64,000 bases of DNA from Octopus bimaculoides (taxonomy: Eukaryota), in contig NC_068985.1 in assembly GCF_001194135.2 (NCBI RefSeq), forward strand, positions 38,075,083 through 38,139,082, in the 5' to 3' direction. Made by a program: the position numbers and the translations under genes. A model generated the notes under the pieces. The model was given only the letters and a program-made list of their open reading frames with translations, was not told the DNA's origin and ran no database searches. This document shows, one piece after another, positions 55,295 to 64,000 of the stretch. Numbering within the stretch: position 1 is the first letter of the stretch; every line of letters starts with the position of its first letter.

Positions 55295-56335
55295 ATATCT
55301 AGCACTATGTCTTTCTCCATTTCTAACTTACGGCTAAAAATAAAGCAGCCCTGCAAAACACAACCGGTCTTTACACACAGACGCACAGAACAACAGCAAT
55401 CAAATAACGGCAGGAGACTGCACAACAAAAATCAGCGATCTGACTTGTCACCAGTACTCTTGACAAAAGATGCCAGTTAGTCTTTTACACCTACCAGGCT
55501 CGTTCGTATTAGCCTGAGTTGCTGGATAATTTTTCGTTCCTTTAAGAATGTTATAGAACAGGAACTTTACATAGATTGGAATTTAAATCCCAATCGCTAT
55601 AGAAATTCATTGTTTCAAGGAAAAATTGAATCTGAATAACTTTTTAATTTTTACGATTGTAGATAACAACTCGGGCTGTAACTTCTAAGCGCGAGTCAGG
55701 TGCGTGTGAACGATGCCGAGAGAACGAGTGCTACGGATGATATTTTTTGACAAAGAACACCTCTAAGACACTGAACAAATTTAAATGAACTGCGACCAGG
55801 CTCAATGAAAGGAGCCCGAGCTATGGGCTGCAATTAGATACTTGAAGTCACTGTTGGCAGAAATTAAATCAGTTTGCAAATACACGTTCACTTTACTAAA
55901 TTTATACTTGGGCTAAGCCCGAACAGCCCGAGTGTCGGGAGATATTGATTGGGACGAAGAGTAACAATGGAAGGAGGCTCTCTATATATAATAAAGGAAG
56001 ATAAAAACTATATATATATATATATATATATATATNNNNNNNNNNNNNNNNNNNNNNNNNNNNNNNNNNNNNNNNNNNNNNNNNNNNNNNNNNNNNNNNN
56101 NNNNNNNNNNNNNNNNNNNNNNNNNNNNNNNNNNNNNNNNNNNNNNNNNNNNNNNNNNNNNNNNNNNNNNNNNNNNNNNNNNNNNNNNNNNNNNNNNNNN
56201 NNNNNNNNNNNNNNNNNNNNNNNNNNNNNNNNNNNNNNNNNNNNNNNNNNNNNNNNNNNNNNNNNNNNNNNNNNNNNNNNNNNNNNNNNNNNNNNNNNNN
56301 NNNNNNNNNNNNNNNNNNNNNNNNNNNNNNNNNNN

Positions 56336-56372
<37 letters not shown>

Positions 56373-56589
56373 ATAAACACAAAGACAAAATCCCATGCGG
56401 AAGTCTATTTATTGTTTTAGTAATTGAAACAGTGGATTCCAGTTAATGAAATCAGCAGTTGGTAATTTGGTGTAGAATCCTATGACACAGTACGTCTATA
56501 TATTAAATTTCTTTTCAAAACATAGATTTGATAAATGAGGTGGGGTACTTTGTTTCCAGAACTTTTTTAACCATTGGAGCAGTGTTAGC

Positions 56590-56591
<2 letters not shown>

Positions 56592-56623
<32 letters not shown>

Positions 56624-57067
56624 CAGCAGCAGCAGCTGAAGGAATAATTTTAGCTGTTAGGGCAATTGCACTAGTGAAGTAGTGGTAACGATAGTTGTCT
56701 TAGTAGTAGTAGCAAGGGCAATTTTGATAGTAGTAGTATTAGGAGGGTAATAATAGAAGTAATTGGATTAGATAGGGCTGTTGTTGTAGTGGTGGTAGGT
56801 AGGATAAGTTAGCAGTAGCAGTAACAAGCAGCAATGGTAATTGTAGTAGTAGTAGTAGTAGCAAGAGCAATTGTAGTAGTAGTATATCATTTTGGGGAAA
56901 TATAGTAGTAGTAATAGCTCAGGCAATTTTAGTAATAGTATTAGTAGCTAGGACAGTTGTAGTAACAGCTAGGGAAATTGTAGTAGTAGTTGCAGCACCA
57001 GCGGTAGCAGCAGTAATAACAGCAGCAACTGGGACAGATTTTGGAGTAGTAGTAGCGAGGGCAGTTC

Positions 57068-57115
<48 letters not shown>
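56592..57115 (+). repeat. Degenerate (TAG)n/(CAG)n array, ~520 bp
   Basis: Pure (TAG)n at both ends with a mutated trinucleotide-periodic interior. Confidence 0.85.
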
Positions 57116-57116
<1 letters not shown>

Positions 57117-57458
57117 TATCCAACATCACATATAATTAGCATTAATAATCACGTCCATTATGCGGACGATTGCGGCAAGGAGGTGAAAGATAACGGCTCT
57201 CTAATGGGGTAGGATATTCGGCATGGAACTATACATATTTCAGAATGGAATGCAATGCTGCTCTACCAAAAATTGCCCGGAGCACAGTCCTCATGGCCTA
57301 GTTCTTCCCAGAAGTCTGAAATCTCGAGTCAATTAGAGCTGAAGCCCTTTTAACTACTTCAACTGTAGTTACAACATTGAACTTGTATTGAAAGAAAGCC
57401 ACAACTCTAACGACGTGAAAACAAATACAAGACATAGAGATAATAACAAACTTTTGCT

Positions 57459-57493
<35 letters not shown>

Positions 57494-57761
57494 TGATAAA
57501 AATAATAAATAGTAATAACAATAATGAATCATTTATATATGTGTGACACAGGCATACATGCACACACACGTGTGTATGTGTATACGAAACACGTATTGTC
57601 CAAATTAAAAAAAAAAAATTAAGAGAAGCCTTTATGGAAAGGCAAAGTGAGTGAGGAGTGACTATAGATAATATAATGTTTGAAGATGAAGATTGTTTTA
57701 GAGAAACACGATTAGATATAGACACACATGCATATAGACAGGCTGAGGGAAGAGACACAAA

Positions 57762-57763
<2 letters not shown>

Positions 57764-57826
<63 letters not shown>
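57764..57826 (+). repeat. (GA)n microsatellite
   Basis: Direct reading. Confidence 0.95.
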
Positions 57827-57834
<8 letters not shown>

Positions 57835-58636
57835 CAATAGGCTAATTTTATGAAGACGTGCGCCGAAGGTAGATATAAGCTGCTGCAGCCAAAGGTTGGA
57901 TGTGTTGAAGGTAGGATTAATAGATGCCGTAGCAGTGTTCGTCAGGATAATTTGTCTAACATCACAACACTAGAAAGATGCGTTTAATTGATAGCTTTCA
58001 GTCACGAATTGCTGTGGAAGGAGACGTGGAGGCGTGCAGAAGATAGGAGCAGGTAGAGTATGAAACGTTGAGATAGATTAACAGACAAGGGGGAGGAAAC
58101 AGAGAGAAAAAGGAAAGGGTGGAGAGAGAGGGAAAGAAATAGAAAAAGTAGATGGTAAGAGAGAGAGATAGAGAGAGAGAGAGAGGAAATGGAGAGGCTT
58201 TATTTAGAGTGGAGAGAATGCAAAGAGCTGTGAAAAAGGAAGATAGAAAAATGATAAAAATATATATAAAATAAACGAATACGTATAATGGAATAGGGAG
58301 AGAGAAGGTCAGGGAGTTGTAATTTAAAGACGAGATAATAATGGTGTAGGGGCAGAGTTTTCGATCTCAGGAGAAAGAAAATAGTGAGATGAAGATGCTG
58401 AGAGTGCTAAAGGGAAACATAAAACACATACAGTAACAACAACGAGCGACATATGTGTTAAAGAAAGAAATAGAACTGGCGAAAATAAGAAAGAGATAGG
58501 AGGAGGAGGAAACAAGGAGAGGAAAAGAAAGAAGATTAGGTGTCAAAAATTAGTCAAAAGAGAAAGAAAGAAATGGACACGGAAGAATGCACATGAACGC
58601 CTGTATACATCTATATACGCACTTACATACGCCAAG

Positions 58637-58687
<51 letters not shown>

Positions 58688-58799
58688 AACACTTAGAGTA
58701 GTGGCCAGGCGATTCTATGACTGTTAAATATTAACACTACTTCAGATATTGAGTGCCCTGTTTTCTGTCGTCTGCAAACACACACACACGCACACCTGT

Positions 58800-59782
58800 N
58801 NNNNNNNNNNNNNNNNNNNNNNNNNNNNNNNNNNNNNNNNNNNNNNNNNNNNNNNNNNNNNNNNNNNNNNNNNNNNNNNNNNNNNNNNNNNNNNNNNNNN
58901 NNNNNNNNNNNNNNNNNNNNNNNNNNNNNNNNNNNNNNNNNNNNNNNNNNNNNNNNNNNNNNNNNNNNNNNNNNNNNNNNNNNNNNNNNNNNNNNNNNNN
59001 NNNNNNNNNNNNNNNNNNNNNNNNNNNNNNNNNNNNNNNNNNNNNNNNNNNNNNNNNNNNNNNNNNNNNNNNNNNNNNNNNNNNNNNNNNNNNNNNNNNN
59101 NNNNNNNNNNNNNNNNNNNNNNNNNNNNNNNNNNNNNNNNNNNNNNNNNNNNNNNNNNNNNNNNNNNNNNNNNNNNNNNNNNNNNNNNNNNNNNNNNNNN
59201 NNNNNNNNNNNNNNNNNNNNNNNNNNNNNNNNNNNNNNNNNNNNNNNNNNNNNNNNNNNNNNNNNNNNNNNNNNNNNNNNNNNNNNNNNNNNNNNNNNNN
59301 NNNNNNNNNNNNNNNNNNNNNNNNNNNNNNNNNNNNNNNNNNNNNNNNNNNNNNNNNNNNNNNNNNNNNNNNNNNNNNNNNNNNNNNNNNNNNNNNNNNN
59401 NNNNNNNNNNNNNNNNNNNNNNNNNNNNNNNNNNNNNNNNNNNNNNNNNNNNNNNNNNNNNNNNNNNNNNNNNNNNNNNNNNNNNNNNNNNNNNNNNNNN
59501 NNNNNNNNNNNNNNNNNNNNNNNNNNNNNNNNNNNNNNNNNNNNNNNNNNNNNNNNNNNNNNNNNNNNNNNNNNNNNNNNNNNNNNNNNNNNNNNNNNNN
59601 NNNNNNNNNNNNNNNNNNNNNNNNNNNNNNNNNNNNNNNNNNNNNNNNNNNNNNNNNNNNNNNNNNNNNNNNNNNNNNNNNNNNNNNNNNNNNNNNNNNN
59701 NNNNNNNNNNNNNNNNNNNNNNNNNNNNNNNNNNNNNNNNNNNNNNNNNNNNNNNNNNNNNNNNNNNNNNNNNNNNNNNNNN
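58800..59782. other. Largest assembly gap (983 N), one of 14 gaps
   Basis: N run. Most gaps are flanked by (CA)n/(TG)n and/or (TA)n, consistent with short-read scaffolding failing at dinucleotide repeats. Confidence 0.98.
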
Positions 59783-60060
59783 ATATATATATATATAAGC
59801 AATGTTAATTCTCTAAATGAAGTATTAACAGTAACTGCACGATAAAGTGTAGTATATTGCCACTTAAGTGTGGCTGACCCCTAGGGGTGGATGTTACTGT
59901 TGCTTTTAGCCCCAGGAGGACATCTCCTCCAGCTGGCTTATCGACACACGACTGTGTCCTGTTTGCCAAGGGAAGTTATCCCTCTCACCATGATCTGTAG
60001 CACGAACGGATCCGGATTTCAGGGTTATTTCCCTTCGTCGGCGTTCGACAGCCACTGACC

Positions 60061-60380
60061 CTTTGGTCGGCCCGAGGCTATAGTAGAAGACACCTGCCCG
60101 AGGTGCCACGCAGTGGGACTGAACCCGGAACTGTGTGGCTGGTAAGCAAGCTTATATATAGATGTGTGTGTGTGTGTGTAAGTCCGTGTTTGTCCCCCCA
60201 GCATTGCTTCACATTCGATGCTGGTGTGTCCACGTCCCCGTAACTTAGCGGTTCGGCAAAAGAGATCGATAGAATCAGTATTAGGCTTACAAAGAATAAG
60301 TCCTGGGTCGATTTGTTTCTACTAAAGGCGGTGTTCTAGAATGGCCGCAGTCAAATGACTGAAACAAATAAAAGAGTAAA
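60061..60380. mobile_element. Family C SINE with inverted 5' part (head 60061-60153 on -, tail 60154-60380 on +)
   Basis: Against the 43255-43662 copy, the head is co-oriented and the tail is reverse-complemented. Confidence 0.85.
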
Positions 60381-62705
60381 AATTGTGCCAGCGTGTATGT
60401 TCATATATATATATATATATGAACATACACGCAGGCACAAGATATCTATGCATTCTGATATTATATAAGCCTTTCGCAATTTCTCAGCGTTGCATTTCGT
60501 TCAATCTCTCAATTTCTTTTTTTCTTTGCTATTACATATAGTTTTCATTTACTAGTTTTTCTTATATGCCATTTTCACTTCCTCCTCCTTCTTATCATCA
60601 ACATCATCATCGTCACCACCACCATCACCATAATCATCATCTTCACCAGCAGTAGCACCAGCATTATCATCGTTTCCATTCTGCTTCCCCATCTCCTATT
60701 TTCTGTATAACACCTTCTGCGACATAGAACCGCAAATAATCAATTTGTCCTGTTATTTGGTAGCATATTCCTCTCTGCAATATCTATCTTCCTTTCAACA
60801 GCCCAAAGCAGAATTAATAGCAACTTAATTTATCCTATCGCGGATAGTTTAGATTTGAGTGACTCTCAGATGGAAAAGGGCACTCGTACCGACCACACCA
60901 TAAAGCAGTAATTACCGAGCTGTTATTGAAACAAGTGTACATATTTTATTGGCTACAACCACTAATCAGTAGTTTTGTGAGATGTTTTATGGATACATAT
61001 GTGTACGTATACAATGAAGTCGCTGTATGTGATGAGTTCAGTCGCGGACGTGATTTTTACGTTGCTGCAGGCACCGTATTATGTCGCTGAATGAGCATCT
61101 GAAATAGACCTGTGAATAAGAAGAAGCTAAACGTATTGGTGAGGTTTCCTCTGGATCCTATTGATTAGACAAACAATTGAACAATTCAGAATCTCCAGAT
61201 CTTCATCGTTCATTAGATCTCTTTTTGTGCATTTATCTATGCATCGTCGGAGTTCTAAAGAGATGAAATGTTCTGCCTTAGAATTCAATGTCATTTGTTT
61301 ATTTGGTTGTCGCTCGATGCCACTCATATCCCCGTGAAGGTTTCCTGAACTGGAAGAATGATATAATCATTTGCGGTTAGCCTGGTTAATTTTTAGGTTA
61401 GATTATTTCAGGTTAATAAGTGGACGCTGTATTAAAAGGATGCAGTTCTAAGAAAAATCAGGCATTGGGTAAACAAGGTTCAATATGGTTAAAGATATAT
61501 ATATATAAACTCTGATAACGGATTTGGGCGATTGAATTATATGGAGTTGGAACTCAACGCCATCCAAGAGACACTTACTTGCAGGTTGATTTAAAAATTT
61601 AAAGCAAGTTTCTGATAGAGTAATGCGTTTTTATTCTATATTTAAATTTCAGTAGTAATCTAATGATTTTAGCGATTTTCTATAAACTCAAATACACATA
61701 TTTGTATGAGATAAAACAAATTTATTCAGACTTAAGATAAATCAGATTTCAAATTTTTCTGCAAATAAATTTCAACTTTACATTATGAAGTTGAATTTAA
61801 AATTTGAGTTATATAATCTTATTACAAAGAAAAAAGTAAAGAATATTAAATCGAGATATGGCACTTGGATGTGATATCTACAGGAAGCACGATATACTTC
61901 AGTATCGCAGCTTGCCCGCTTATATTTGAAGCGATATATCGTTATACGTCTTCAATGCATTATCAATAATTGTATATCAACGGGAAGGATTATCAAAATC
62001 TGCATAGCTAATTGTTAAAGTGTTGCCTCGTATTTTACAATGACATAAACTGGTATAACCTTGTTTCTCTAAGCTTATATCGTAATTTCATTGAATTTAA
62101 TCTGTCAACGTATCCTTTGTTTGTTGAGAAATCATGTTCGCTGTTTATTGTTAAATATACAAAATGAAAAACTCTTCTCAGCACCTCCAAACTGCTATTT
62201 GCTTATACTGGTGTCTTTTTTTTTTTTTTTTTTCGTTCCTTCTTTAAATTGTTGCCTAAGTAATAAAATTTAGCCACTTTGTCGTCAGTTATATTCATCG
62301 GTGGTACGGAACATATTTAGTGAAAAGGAGAAAACTGATTGGAGTGTTAGGGAAAGGGAGAAAAAGGGAGAACGAGAAGGAGAGAGAGGGGGAATGAAAT
62401 AGAGGGACAAAGAACAGAAAGCTGGATAGTAAGGGATATATACATACAGAGAGAGAAAAAGGGAGAGAGAGGTGGAAAAGTGGAAGGAAATGAGAGCAAA
62501 ATGGCGAGTGTCAGAGAGAAAACACAGAAGAGAGACAGTCAGAGAGGGAATATCAAAGAAATGATAGTTAAAGGAAATAAAGCTAGATTAGTAGATTGAT
62601 CAGTGAGACAGTAATAAAACTGAATGAATGGGAGGGGGAGAAGGAAAAAAAAGAAATAAAGACTAGTGATGGAGATAAAGCTTGAGAAAGTGCGGCAAAG
62701 AGAGA

Positions 62706-62757
<52 letters not shown>

Positions 62758-64000
62758 GGGAGAGAGCTGATAATATCACACTATCAAACAGCTAACATAT
62801 GTAAGAGGACTCGCGTGATTAACGAAAGTTCTGTAAAGGACATTCCATTGTTGATGAAAGATATTAATAACAGCGATATAATCCCACCATCCACACACAC
62901 GCAAACTCACACTTACACACTCGCTCACATACACGCCCCCCCCTCACACGCCCGGTCCCCTCCTCTCCTTTTTGCTAATGCCATTGAAAAAGAACACTTC
63001 TCAAGAATTCAGCTCCTTTTCAAACACAATGACTTGTCATGTTATATTACCTCAACGTACAGAATTTCTCTTTGACTAAGGAATGATAGGAAGTTGATTC
63101 TATCATACTTCTATAATTCTATCTTTTCTTTGATATTCCCAAGAGATTTCAAACATAACAAAGGATATTCTATTATACTAATAAAAACAGAGGGAAAAAA
63201 GTGCACATTCTCTTACGAGTTATATTACATTAGAGGTCGCTGTCTGCCTGAATTGTGTGAACTAAACGTAGATTAAATAGAAGTGCCCAATAATGAAAAT
63301 GCGCCAATAAAACAAAATATAATTGATCTCACCACAAGAGGATCGGAGTAAATTTCCTTAAACACGGTCATGCTTTATATATTCATATTAAATAATTGTT
63401 TTCGATGACAATCTTTATCGATGCACATTGATGCCTTGTAACAACAGACATATAGATATTCGCAGAACTTGTTTATTCATCTCTTTCTTTCGCTTCATGT
63501 ATATGTATGATATTCAAGTATATATGTATGCGCATGTATGAACATACGAAAGCATATATTTACATGCATGTACGAATGCATATCTTCATATTTCGGATAG
63601 ACTATTGTATACGATAACATCCTCCATACTTACTGGTTATGACGGGTCAGTTACTAGGTCGTTGCTTTTACGTTAGGAAGAGCCACGAGCATATGTATAT
63701 GCAACACAAACTGTACAGATACTATGAATCATTATTCTTCGGAAGCAACGGATTATTGCTTTTTTTCGTCGATATCAACACCTTCAGCCGATATACATCA
63801 ACAATTGATATATCTCACACAAGTCATTAAATAAAAATTGACTAATTCATTCATTCATTCATTTATTCATTCATGCGCACATACATGCACACACTACGAG
63901 CAGCCACAGTTAGTTTCTGTCGACTGAATCCCTTTCTAAAGTTATACGCACTGTGCACACACATACACATACATATACAAATATATATGCATATATATAT

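Noticed and set aside
55670-55870. Possible old LINE fragment (MPRERVLRMIFF)
   Set aside because: Too degenerate to assign without an alignment.
63719-63830. CAG|A-TAC… frame containing SNGLLLF, reminiscent of PTK7 NGSLL
   Set aside because: There is no YxC motif and the frame ends in a stop, so this is a chance resemblance.

Overview
This is AT-rich, microsatellite-saturated animal DNA with 14 assembly gaps. It is most likely octopus: the SINE families match my recollection of Octopus repeats, which is an inference and not database-checked. The window lies inside one large + strand gene. Only two coding exons are supportable: 7328-7491 and 36900-37047. They splice in frame across a 29.4-kb GT-AG intron and encode the C-terminal half of one Ig domain and the N-terminal half of the next, best matching PTK7/off-track Ig2-Ig3. 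Everything else is intronic: at least five SINE families, a complete internally deleted mariner with TIRs and TA TSD, a Tigger/pogo-like MITE, two RTE-LINE 3' fragments, a decayed zinc-knuckle ORF1/gag-like remnant and many simple repeats. I see no prokaryote-type system, CRISPR array, rRNA or true tRNA, and I cannot support a wholly new multi-gene system. The best leads are a SINE with twin-priming-type 5' inversion (60061-60380), a nested fold-back palindrome (53729-54273), inverted SINE pairs that could form pre-mRNA dsRNA (one pair placed symmetrically near the two ends of the 29-kb intron), and the 312-nt phase-2/phase-2 two-exon cassette.
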